Assembly (NCBI GenBank): GCA_976226885.1
Contig: OZ320313.1
Coordinates: 93,000,001-93,064,000 of the forward strand
Direction: 5' to 3'
Source of the DNA: Iphione sp. A-MEVVRFRX5
Taxonomy: Eukaryota
Length of the DNA: 64,000 nt
The notes below the pieces were generated by a model. The model worked only from the letters and a program-made list of their open reading frames with translations. It did no database searches and was not told where the DNA came from. Below, piece after piece: positions 25,575-37,700 of the stretch. The number at the start of each line of letters is the position of its first letter. The stretch's first letter is position 1. A program made the translations under genes and the position numbers.

Positions 25575-26443
25575 AAAACATTGTGTGAATCAAGTATTCA
25601 CAACAATAGGGCTAGCCATACACTCGCAGAAATGCTAAGCCCTAAACATATCACCTGCTGCGCTCTGGTGGAGAAGCAGCAAGGTAGAATTGTGTAGTTA
25701 CCCTAGCTTCCAGCGACGGGTGACTAAGACTCTGCCGAGTTTGCTTCGGAATCCAGAGGGAGCAGGTGCCCACCCTGTGGAATTCCCTACCCTGATTATC
25801 ACTAACCTACCTGCTCCATGACTCAATGTTACACGTCGAAGCGCTATAATAGCATTTCTGCTCATGTTTATAAATCCTAAATTACTGAATGTGCATGCAT
25901 GAGCTCAAGGCGGGATATCACCTGCTCCCTCTGGATTCTGAAGCAGACTCAGCAGAGTCTTAGTCACCCATTGCTGGAAGCTAGGGTAACTACACAATTT
26001 TTAGTTTTAATGTAGAACAATTCAAATTGACAACTTTCTTTTTTAAGTAAAATGTTTCTGAAATGAAAAAGAGACAATGTTTTTTTATATGGACATCATT
26101 TATACTGTTACATACCATACAGTTTTACCAGTGTTTATGTATAAGTGAGTCTTTAAGCAAAAATCTGTAAGGATTTTCAGTGTACAGTCGAACCTCTTTA
26201 TCTGGAGTACCTCCGTTATTGGAAATTTTGTATAGATGATGAAATATCTGGGTGCCTAAATCGCTACCCATGCATCTCCTGGCAGTGAAAATTTGCATAT
26301 TGGCTTATCAGTCAAATTTGAGAGGCCTGTGGGTGGTCAGGAAGGGGTTAAGTCCTCAGAAACCCATTTTGGCATGTTCGTTGGAGAAAGTTAACTTTCA
26401 ACCATTATTTTGTTCTGTTTGTATGGGATGTACCGAGGGTGAG

Positions 26444-26603
26444 NNNNNNNNNNNNNNNNNNNNNNNNNNNNNNNNNNNNNNNNNNNNNNNNNNNNNNNNN
26501 NNNNNNNNNNNNNNNNNNNNNNNNNNNNNNNNNNNNNNNNNNNNNNNNNNNNNNNNNNNNNNNNNNNNNNNNNNNNNNNNNNNNNNNNNNNNNNNNNNNN
26601 NNN
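26444..26603. other. Assembly gap
   Basis: Run of N. Confidence 1.
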
Positions 26604-29600
26604 ATCAACTTTTTTTTTCTTTTTTTGTTTTTTTAACTGTAAGGGGAGGGGGCGACGAACTGCATGCTATCCAAGTCCACCTCCAATCATGTGCATGACT
26701 TCACTGTACAGAATGCTGGCCGGTCAGATCACTGAGGGGAAAAATGTTCGAAGACTGGTCGATACAACATATTTCAGTTATATATATTACAGAGGTAGAG
26801 ATTCAATTGAAGAAACAGTTATTAAATTAGGGTCAGCTGCACTGCCCGATTTGGTTTTACCAGTGTGAAACTCAAAATTATTTAGGACAACGAACTTAGT
26901 TTATTATTTTGTTATACCAGGCCCCATAAAATGATGTTAGATAAGATTTTTAATGGTGCCTTTCCTTTAATGTGGTTGACCCAGATCTTAGATTTACAAG
27001 AAATTCACTGGTCTTCTAGCATTTGTATAGGTAAGTATGTGCATGGTTTCTTCGACCCCTAGCTTTCCCCCACCAATCTCTGAGACTTACGATCTGACGT
27101 ATGATGATGTTGATGATATTGCTGATCATTATGGTGATGGAAGATTCTCCTTATGAAGATTTTAATCGTGTTGTTTTTAAATTGCCAGACATTAACAATT
27201 GTAGGTAGTGATACCCACACGTGGAGGACTGATACATGATACGTTGAGAAGCACTGAGAAAGACAGAGCTTAAGTATTACATTGGTTTGGTGCAGGCTTG
27301 TAGCCACCGTGTTGGTGAAGTGGTTTGTTTACGTTTGATTCATGGAACAATCTGGGGTAGGATTTGTCTGCCTGTTTCTTGATGATTTCCTTTTCTGATG
27401 CTTCTCTTTGATGCATTGCTGTTTTTTTTCCATTTGTATATGAAGATTAAGGAAAGGCTAAATTATGCTTTATCTTTATATTGCCCTGAGCATCATGTGA
27501 CGCAAAGGTGCCCTGGAACACACTTTGGCATCAGACTTGTTTTTATCAGTGGAGGACAGACCAACTTACAGAGTATAGCCACCGGTCATCAGACGTCCAG
27601 TATATGTCGCGATCAGTGAGGGAGTCTTAGGTGGCAAGCAGGTAATGTTTCTGTTAGTCATGGCCTTCAGTGTAAATTATGTTAAATGACCATGGGTAGA
27701 TTGGGATTGTTGATAAGGCGGTAGGAGACTGCTTACTCCGCTTGCCACGTGGGTCCCTACACGAGTCTTCACCTGGCTTGTGACAGGAGAGGGCTGAGGC
27801 TGCTTACCAGCATCATGTTTGAGACTAGGTTGCTGGGTGGGAAGGGGCTCACGAGGAGAGCACCCTTAGCCCATTCATTACCACCCCGGTGGACACCAGG
27901 CAGCTGGGTGAGAGGGGGGTCCCAAGGAGAGCACGCTCAGCCAATTCACCACCATCCTGCTGGATGGTGAGAGTTAAGCAGGAGGGGCCCCGACCACTAT
28001 CCTCCTGACGGACACTGGGTGTGTGTGTGGGGGGGGGGGGGGCATCGCAGGGCGATTATAGTCAGCCAGTTCACCACCGCCTTGATTGACACCAGGCAGC
28101 TGAGTGGAAAGGGGCTCGAGCAGCTATGTGGACAGGGCTCCCAGGGAGAGCACGCTCAGCCCATCCACTACCAGCCAGCAAGAGGGCGGGCAGCTGGGCA
28201 GACCAGAGTATAACAGGAGAAGGCTGAGGCAGCCCATCTACTGCCACCCTAGTTGACACTGGGGGATACGTGAAGGGAGAATGCCTGGCCCATTTTATTG
28301 TCCCCCGCCTCATAGAGGGGGGGACATTAGGAATGCTGGCTGGTGTCCCGACCATCTGTCACACTCTTGTGGGTCTTATAAGTCTCGAACCCTTCACTCA
28401 AAAAAAATGATTTTAATATTTGATATTGATATATACATATATGGCCCCATTGCACTGGGTAACTTTGGTAGTAATTCAAATATTTTAAAGGTGACATTAT
28501 GCCAATTTTACTCTTTTGCTAACACACCCATAAACATACATACCTGATCTGGGGATTCCTAGGTCTGGCATTGTACAAACATGCATTCACACATACTCAC
28601 CAATATCTTCGCAGGTTATAGCAGTCTGGGACCTCTGTGTGCTCAGACAGGCAGAACCGAGGGTTGTAAACCTGAAGGACCCACCCACCTGCCCGAAAAT
28701 GAGGTGCCAATCAAGGTGATCGTAAAGAGAGACAACACACACACTTGAGAGACCAGAATACCCAGAGTTGTCCCTTGCTCTATTTCAAATAGGTTTCTTG
28801 GGTCTTTTTGTGCATAGGGGACAGAATCCTATACACCCACAGCCTTTTTTACGAGGTGTGGACCACTCTGGGTTGGGGATACAGTAAATCTGGTCATGAT
28901 CAAGACTCCCATGCCTGCATGCTGTTGCCCACGAATAAAACCCTGCTGTATAGCAGGTGGCTAGGTAATATGGGTCCATGATGGACTTGTCCACCACCCT
29001 GCTGGATGGCAAGCAGCTTGGTTTAAGGTCTGTGACAAGAACACACTGGGGCTACTCAAACACTTCATAGACTGATGGCGGGTGGGAAAGTAGGAGGGGG
29101 TTTTGCAGTGGAAGACTGTAGGTACCACGTGAATAACACCCAACAGGATGGTGGGCGGCTAAGTGGGAGGAGGTTCCATGATGAGAGCATGCCAGGGATG
29201 CTCATACCCCAAACGGCCAGATGACGGCCATCTAGGCAGGAGGGGGTTTGCAATGGATAACTTCAGTTACCACGTGAATAACACCCTTCTCGATGGTGGG
29301 CAGGGGGTTTTTCTTGGGCTGATCATCCATCTCCCTGCTGGAAGATGGGAAAACATCGTAATGTAAAATATTATCTTATTTAAACTTACATGCAAATTTT
29401 GGACATGTTTTGGGAAAAATGACAAAAGAGAGACAGACAGGCGGGCATGCGCATGCGTGTGTCCCCTCCCAATGGTCACTTCAGACCAAATGCACTCTTT
29501 TGGTAATAGTTAAGTATAGGGACTGCACCCACGGTCATGTTAAAACATGTACTAAAATATTCTAATTTGCATATCATTTGCATAAGAAACAATTTACACG

Positions 29601-30939
29601 GTTATAGTTCAGCGTGAAGACATATTTCTACAACAAAATTTCATAGTTACATGTTAAGTTTCATCAAAAGACTCACAGGTTTTAGTCATAGCTCAGTGTG
29701 AAAAATTCAATTTAAAAAATGCACAATTTGTGCAAGTTATCGCTCACTTTCAGGCAGTTTACACAAGGGGGGGGGGAGGCTGATGATCCCCACAGTACAG
29801 CTTATAGCTGCATCTTGCACTTGTTAAGATGCAATGTATTACATTTACCTTTTATAAAATTGAAGAAATCACCAGACCTCTACAATTAGAACTTTTCCTG
29901 ACAAGTATGTGAAGTCTTGTCAGACGAATACAGCTGGATGTGATATATCATAAGATATTGTGATAACGTATTTAAGACACCCGTGTACAGTTAGTTCCAG
30001 TATATGGTATGATAACGTTAAGATAGGAGAAAACATCACCAGGCGATCACTGAACTCTCTTTCTCTTCGCTAGGACTGGCATCCCATTAACTGGTACTCA
30101 AAACATACACAGGAAAGCAGGATATTAGTGTATACCTGTTATTGTCCATATTTGCACTTTAACATCACGAATCTTAGTAAGGCCAGTTTCACGTGTCTTC
30201 TGTTCTTTTCACGGTGCATTGTGTGTAAACACACCCCCCCCCCCCCAATTGTGTGTATGAATTATTGAGCTCTACATGGTCACCAGATGCCTTCTACTAA
30301 AGGAATCTATGGTATTGTACATCCGTTTGTGTGATAAACAAACAGATCCATTAGTGTTGGAGCCACGTGAATAGCTCCGTGGAAATCCCTAGGAAGGGTT
30401 GTTTTGCTAACTGATGTGTTCCACTAAAGCAGACATGTGATCCCTAATAGAGAAGAATATAAATATGTGAACAGGTGGTCTTGGCATAAGCATATAGAAA
30501 TTGAGTAGAATATGAATATAACACTGGGACTCTCTGGAACAAAGTGTCTAAGCATGTACACCCAGTAATAGACTAGGTTATAAATATAAGACGGACACAC
30601 CAGCGAACACATACATTAGTACAGAAGGATGCATTCATTAAAATATATGTCAGCGGGGAACAGGTTTTAACATGCCTATATACAGAAAAACTTTTGAATA
30701 GATCTTCACCAGTCATGGCATCATACTGTCATTGATCATTACCAAATGCATGTAGTCATTGATTTTTCGACCATTAGGTACACTTTTATCTAACACAGAA
30801 TGTGATTACAACAAAATGGGGATGGGGGACGTATGAAGAAGTAGGTTAGTTCAAGGTTGGGAGGATGCACAAGTGAAGCAAATAGGTGAGTTTAAGGTAA
30901 TATGGGAAGTAGAAGACACCCAATGTACTGATCGTCGAA

Positions 30940-31400
30940 TTACGTCATTACGATGTAAAATTGTTGTTTACATTTACTGTGAAATTTACGTCACTTAGGT
31001 CACTTACATCGTGAATTTGAGGGAAAACTTTACAGAGCTGTAACTTCGCTCTAAATTAGGCTAAAAAGACAAGCTATAGCTTATTTTTTCCCTTAGATCC
31101 TTAGCTTTTATTTGGTAAAGGTCTCATTAAAATTAGACGACTAGAAGTTGATCTTTGGTGTTTGGAAAGACCCAGTCCATCTTGTCGTTGTGTGACTTGT
31201 AGCTGTCGTAGCCTCTCCACCCATTACACCGATTGTTCTAAAGTTATTAACCACTTTACGACATAAAACGGCGATGGGCTTATTGAAGTAAGTAGTTTTA
31301 ATTTGTATCACATCACTGGAGACACCAAAGTGAAGGTTTAATTTAGCTATGTCAGGATGCTTAGGTGAAGGAAGTTGGTTAGTTTTACGAAGGAACACAT
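30940..31400 (-). mobile_element. Fragment of a DNA-transposon-like dispersed repeat (copy 2)
   Basis: Inverted homologue of 14090-14560; includes part of coding-like ORF 31141-31452. Confidence 0.6.
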
Positions 31401-32156
31401 GCCTAAGTGAAGTAGGATGGTTTAGGTGGGGAGAGATGCATGTCGTGTACACTCAGGGTTCGCTGGTAATTTATGATTTAACCAGAATTATTGCCTTATA
31501 GGGATCTTATGCTTTCATCAGCGTATTTGATATTAGGAATGTGTTAGAATGTGGCTTATGAGTGACCCATAAGACTTGTGTCTTACAAGCTCAGTTCAGA
31601 TATTTACATACAAGTATTCATCAGTTCCAGGGTCAACTTTCGTAATTAAATAATGGTACCCACGCTCAGCACCACTGTTACTGTACATATATATATATAT
31701 ATTTTTTTTTCAAGCATCACTGAGTGGAGACCTCGCCACGTTTAGCATTACTGTACATATATTCATCAGTGTAAGTGGTGGGTTTAACAGTAGGATAGAC
31801 ATCGTCACATAACCTCAGTTAAAATATTTATTCAGAAGTAACGGTCATTTCAAGAGCTGGACACACAAGCTCAGCACAAACATTTACAGTTTATAGTCAT
31901 CAGCTATTGGATTTTCATATAGATTAACTAAAATCGGTTTTTTTTAAACTAAAATGTGAACAGGGCCAAAATGATTCTAGTATTCAGTGCCGCATTATTG
32001 ATCTGGAAATTTGAAGACGTAATTAATTTATCGTAAATTAATGTACTGTCCCTGCCTCCTCCACCTTTGTGAGGTTTTGTAAAAGCCTTTACTGGTCAAA
32101 GGAATCAGGGTAGTAAACCTTCCAGTACTGACTACATGCAGATGACTGAAGTGTTA

Positions 32157-32465
32157 GGCCCTGTTCACATGCATCCTGACGAAAAATCCGGCCCTGTGTA
32201 CAGACACGGACTATACCCCCTACAGAGAGTGTAGTTAATTACCTCCATATTGTGTACAGCTGTTTCTTAACCATTATGCCTATGGAAATCCACATCTGTG
32301 TCCAGGGAAAATCCATATTTCATGGATAGAAATCTGGATCTACATGCAGATGTGGAAAAATAAGGATGTATGTGAATGAATATAGTGATAAGACCAGGCT
32401 GGGAGAAAATCCGCATCTGCATGCCGAAGCGGAATGGAAAAATCTGGATGTATGGGAACAGGGCC
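32157..32465. mobile_element. Harbinger-like MITE
   Basis: tta|ggccctgttcacatgcatcc ... ggatgtatgggaacagggcc|taa. Confidence 0.75.
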
Positions 32466-33085
32466 TAACTGACCGATCTGGTTTAATTTCGACTGTCTAC
32501 ATTCTTTGTATTCCTACATGATAACCAAGCACGTGTCAAGAGCTCCTTATCAATATGGTCTATCGCTTATTCAGGAATAGGGATTTACTGAGCTGGATCG
32601 GCCGGGTGAGGGGTGGAGCTGCATATTTGAAACCATCTCTGTCGCACTGTAACCTTAGTACTGATCTAGAGAAGGACGGTTGTAGAAAACTATCAGTAGG
32701 CGTGAGGTGATTACACTTTTTTTTTTTTTTTTTTTAACACAACACGTATAAAGCGTTGCCTGAAAGTAGATCCAGTCATGGGGAGGAGGTCTTGTGTGCA
32801 TAAAACTGTTCTTAATTCTCATGATTTGCTATGTTTATATTATGTTATGTTAACCTGTGTAGAATAAAAGATATTGCTGTATGTACGGAGGTAGAAAAAT
32901 ATTCTTGCACTACATTTTCAGAGGTGCTGTAGGTGCTTCTTTTGTGAGATGTATTCCTACAGCCCTGTGTCCAGTCAAGCAGAACCAAGGGTTGTAAACT
33001 AAACAAGCGCTCGTGGTTTAAGGTCAGAGATAGGATAGGGGATGGGATCCAAGTGCAGACTGTGTGCATTGGCGCCGAAGGCGCA

Positions 33086-33087
<2 letters not shown>

Positions 33088-33132
<45 letters not shown>
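33088..33132. repeat. (AT)n microsatellite ~90 bp upstream of the exon A acceptor
   Basis: Direct observation. Confidence 0.95.
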
Positions 33133-33136
<4 letters not shown>

Positions 33137-33222
33137 GTCACTAGGCTTTTCCAAACATTACAGTAATCTATTCGGCGCACTCTCAAGATGCTAACAGAGA
33201 GCGTTTTCCTTTTGTTACTCAG

Positions 33223-33699
33223 GAGCGCTTTGGACCCTCGTCTACTGCGCCTGGTAGCTCGAGAGACTTGCACCATCTAAAGTTGCCACTCGTTAGGCGG
33301 CGGAAGTCCCGAGGGGCTCTAGATAAGCCGCACAAATGCTTGGTGTCTGGGTGTGAAAGGCGCTTTTACCACAGTCAGGATGCACGCAGGCACGAGCGCC
33401 AGGTGCACCAGATGAAGCACACGCGGGGAGTGAGCCCCTTCAAGGCAAGAGCAGCAGGCTTCAAACCACCTCTGCCTCCTCCATCAGCAGCACAGACTGA
33501 GGTCCAGCTTGCCCACATTGAGGAGGAGGAGAAGGAGGAGGAAGAGGAGGGCGTAATGGCAGGCGGTGTGACGACGGCTCCTAATCTCGGGGCGGTCATG
33601 CTCGTCATGCCCGAGGAGGGAGAGATGGAGGATGACAAACAACACTTGACCTTTACACTAGAGCAGGGCACGGACTACGAAACAGAGAGCACAATATGA
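33223..33699 (+). CDS. Alternative terminal exon A, single C2H2 zinc finger plus acidic tail
   Basis: Acceptor ctaac...ttttccttttgttactcAG|GAG, phase 0. ERFGP...ALDKPHKCLVSGCERRFYHSQDARRHERQVH; stop at 33699; AATAAA at 33716-33721. Confidence 0.85.
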   Translation, partial: ERFGPSSTAPGSSRDLHHLKLPLVRRRKSRGALDKPHKCLVSGCERRFYHSQDARRHERQVHQMKHTRGVSPFKARAAGFKPPLPPPSAAQTEVQLAHIEEEEKEEEEEGVMAGGVTTAPNLGAVMLVMPEEGEMEDDKQHLTFTLEQGTDYETESTI

Positions 33700-34132
33700 G
33701 ATTTCATCGGGGAGAAATAAAAAAAATATCTTTTATAAGCATTTTCCCTTTTTTTCTGCAGTCATACTTGCCGGTTGCATCCATAGGCGAGAGGTTCCGA
33801 AGTATTCACGCTGAATCCAGTCCAAATCTCTCAAGACGTGTCCATAAATGAGGATATGACTGATAATGTGTATGCATGCTTGACAGAAAAATATCCGCGT
33901 ATATTTTAAATACTGTAGGAACTTAAAACTTGAAATTAGTTTGCTGTGAATCTCTTCTACAGGAAAGTTGTATGTTGCTGTGTATGATATTTTATAATCT
34001 AAGGTCACTTTACTAACTCCGGTTACTCCTAGAATAAGACTAAATCCAATCTGAGAGGCCTTCACTTTCGATGGTTAGGCAGGTGGGATATATGGGATTC
34101 TAACAAGAGGAATTTTTGCTTTCGTTACCCAG

Positions 34133-34768
34133 GATCGAAATGACTCACCCGCAGCTACCCGAGGTAAGACCCGAGGGAAGTCGGCTAAGACCCGAGGCGC
34201 TTCGAAAGGACGGGGGCAGCCTGCACCACCGTCTCGCAAGTCATCTAAAGCATTAGATAAGCCCTACATGTGCCTCTTTCGTGGGTGTGGCAAGCGCTAC
34301 CATAACTGCCGCGATGCCCTGACTCATGAAAAGACAGCGCACAAGGTGAGAGCTGCCCGGCGCAAGAAGCAGATGAATGAGCTGGGTGTGAAGGTGATCC
34401 CGTCCTATATCCGGCAGCTAGCTGCCCAGGTGGACGACTGCGAGATGAAGCAGGGCGCGGTGCCCTTCTTTGACGATGCGGATGAGCCGGACGGCTTGAA
34501 CCCCGTCGGGGAAGATGACCCCATCACTATTGTACTTTCAGACGAAGAAGTCGACGATGACACTGAGGAAGAAGTTGAGAAAGATGAAGTGAAAAGGGGG
34601 GAGAGCGAGGACAAGAAATGTGCCAATAAAGGGGCTGTGAAAGGGGCCAAGACAGAGACCGAGAAAGGGATCAAAACAGAGAAAGAAGCCAAGTCTAGGA
34701 GAGAGACCGACAAGGAGGATGAGTTTGATAAGGAGGCAGACAATAAAAGAGCAGGGTCAGCGCTGTAG
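34133..34768 (+). CDS. Alternative terminal exon B, single C2H2 zinc finger plus acidic/basic tail
   Basis: Acceptor ctaac...tttttgctttcgttacccAG|GAT, phase 0. DRND...ALDKPYMCLFRGCGKRYHNCRDALTHEKTAH; stop at 34768. Confidence 0.85.
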   Translation, partial: DRNDSPAATRGKTRGKSAKTRGASKGRGQPAPPSRKSSKALDKPYMCLFRGCGKRYHNCRDALTHEKTAHKVRAARRKKQMNELGVKVIPSYIRQLAAQVDDCEMKQGAVPFFDDADEPDGLNPVGEDDPITIVLSDEEVDDDTEEEVEKDEVKRGESEDKKCANKGAVKGAKTETEKGIKTEKEAKSRRETDKEDEFDKEADNKRAGSAL

Positions 34769-37700
34769 TCGTTTGAAAGCTGCGTCCTTTATACACTCTC
34801 CTATATAGTGGCATGCTTTGTAGTGTGAGGGTGATAGATGCCGGTGACCATATATAAAAAGAGTAGGTGAACAAAGTTCGTGTATGGATATGTAATTGTG
34901 GAGCGAGCTGTGCCTCCCTGGGTATCTTTTAAGGCGCCTTTTCGGGCCAAATCAGGCAGCCTCGAGCGGGGGGGCGGCGGATTTTATGGTGGTTGTTTTC
35001 GTTTGAACGGTTGCTACTGTTGGATCAGGACTCACACCTTCACACCTCGCTCGTAGGAATTCCTTGTTTTCGCACGATTCGTTTGTCTCTCCCGGCAAAG
35101 AAGAGTAATAGAGCGGAAGAAGGCAACTTAGTTTTTATAGAAACGTGCGCCACGATGATATTAGGGATCGAGTTTTGTCCTGTAGCGGGGGGATCGGGGT
35201 ACTCTCTCCATTCATATAATCATATCTTGGTAAGTTTAACTAAGTTAAAAGTAGGTAGTGAAACTATCACATACCAGTCCGCATGATCAGAGCACGGCCT
35301 GTATCGTAATGAAGTTCACAAGAGATGTGTAATGGCCCTAGACTCTGTATTAAGAGGGATGTGTCCGGCGTATCAGGAGGGGAACATGCAATGTTCCCAG
35401 GCTCTCTCGGGGGGGCGTTCTGTGAGGAGGCCAGCAGAGAGTACCTAGACTCTAACCGAGGGGATGTGAACAGCGTCCGGCCTCCACCATGATTGTGATG
35501 TGTCATGATCATGGTGGGACTTATAATGAACCTCGACTCTATTATCAGTTCGAGTGTGATACATGAGTAGCCCCCATCATGAAATTTATATAAAATACCC
35601 CTGCCGCAGGTGATGCTGCACTAAAACATTCGCAAGTCCAATGTTGAGAAGGGCATAATTTTAAATAAGTGAAAACGTGACAATACGTACTTTAGTTGCA
35701 GCACAAATTTTTATTGCTAAGATTGTAAGCTATTCAGTTGGAAAGCAGTATCCGATTAGGATTTGCAGTGTTCCGTTTGCGGCTGTAAAATGCAGTTTAA
35801 CCCAGTTGTCAAACATGTTGGAAAATTATTTGCTCACCTTGCTATCTTAGATTTAAAACAAAAAAATCCTTATTGTCATTATGATGTTTTTGTGATCGAA
35901 CACCGGCGACGATTGCGGAAAATGAGCGGGGTAGTGTGTAAAAAGTTTCTTTTGCAAAAGCACCCTTTGTGTTGTAGTTTATTACACCGTGGTAACCGTG
36001 GATGAATCTCGTTGAAAAACGAGGAGAGTGAGGCTGACCAGTGCCAACTGTGCGGAAATGTTCGTCAATAAAATTCTTATTTATTTGAAGGACAGTTAAA
36101 CTTATCTTTGTGATGTCCAAGAGCTTACTAAAGAGAACTACTCTAAAATGGTTTCAAGACGACAGGAAAGAGCGTTACAAATCAGGTCATGGTTTGCTGC
36201 TTCATCTTAACCTACAAGTCTTACTGCGGTGATAAATATAACCACAAGTCTCTTGTGGTGAGATTCTCGTGGTAGATCTACACCACTACTGCTACCTGAC
36301 AGGCAGCCTGAGCATAAGTGTCCCACCTAAACCTAAGCATGAAAAAGAAGCCAAAACAGCATAGGGAGTGACTTCCGGTGTTGCCAGTTGACATGGGATA
36401 TACGTACATGTACTCTTGGAGAGTGGGCACCATAGATCGGCGTAGCTGCTGATCCATCCGAACTGTCCCCCCCCCCCCCCGGTAGCCTCTTTGTGTGTAG
36501 TTCTTTTCATTATTTAGTCTTATCTGATTTCGTCTAGGTTTGCTGTTTTGGGGGTATATTTTGTTTGTTTGGATGAAGAGTGTGATGTCTCTCTAGTCTC
36601 AATTTCACGTAGGCCATAATATGTAGGACTGGACCAGATAAAATTTTATTCAGGGCTCGGAAGGGCTGTGACTAGATGTATAAAAGGTCTTGTCAGGACG
36701 GTCTGTTGAAGACTCAGATGTACCTTACAAGAAGTTTCGCAGTTTTTACAAGTACCTGAAAGTCCCTTTCAGGGAGGTTTCTGATAATCACGAGTGCCTA
36801 CTAAAACCAGCAACCTAACTGACCGTATTTTAAGATACCGAACAGTATATTTCGACGACAAAGCAGAGTCAACAGATGATTGCAGATGTTTACTGTATGT
36901 ATTTTGTAAACGGACGGTTTGACCGACTGTTAAAACACTTGTAAATTGTATGACAGTGAATATGCGAAAACGACGACCTTGTGCTGCTATGTTTAGTCCG
37001 GTTTGTAGTTCATGGCATGGGGAACTCATGCGACCTTTTAAGGTTTGTCTTTTGGAAAGTCTGTACAGTACACATGAAAGTGTGAGCAGAGAAAGATGAC
37101 CGGAAGTAGTGCTCCATGTGGGGCTGCCTCTAGCAGACAGGTCCGTAGACTCGCCGGTTTCGTCCTGAACGCCTGATTTGGGATAATTTAGCCGACAGCT
37201 TCTGGGTTTGTACGGTAGACGGCAAACAACACATATGAAGCCTACATCATGATGTGAATTGTTGTCAGTAATGGACAGCAGAAAGGTAGCCTCGTTCTCC
37301 GTGTTAGCACCTGGAAAAGCCACCACGCGATATGTTTTCAATGAATTTGCAATTAGCTGGTCGTAGCCGGTGCCAGTTAGATTGGTCGCCCTCAAGGCTT
37401 CGGCCAGACTAGTCTCCTCTTTGTAGTGAACGGTATTTAGTAGTACTCTTTCGTTCAGACGAACATACTGATGTAAGGAGAATCATGTGGTGAGCATTCG
37501 TTCAGAAGTTTGCACCTGTATATATATATGCCCCTTGTCAGCAAGTGAGGGACACTCGACTCAGGATTCAGACAAATAGTTGCCCAGCTTATTGGTTAGA
37601 TGTGCGTTATTCTGTAAGATTCCCTCACTAGCAGCTCTCAGGAACACCTAGAATCAATTTTTTGATGGATTGGTAATACATAGTCCCGAAAACGTCTTGA

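Larger units (their letters stand above)
21003..25999 (+). mobile_element. DIRS1-type tyrosine-recombinase retrotransposon (copy 1), full terminal structure, ORFs decayed
   Basis: Left ITR ~21003-21083 matches right ITR 25885-25928. ICR 25648-25768 is complementary to both termini. Gag-like, RT, RNase H, methyltransferase and YR remnants occur in order. Confidence 0.9.

Noticed and set aside
14090-31400. Inverted homologous blocks bracketing the common exon, suggesting a composite transposon carrying the gene
   Set aside because: The coding-like parts face outward and the apparent termini face inward, and the copies are strongly diverged. They fit two independent insertions of the same element end.
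34163-34170. Donor-like CGAG|GTAAGA inside exon B
   Set aside because: Use would give a 31-nt frame-shifting exon. It is explained by the KTRG peptide repeat, and there is no supporting evidence.
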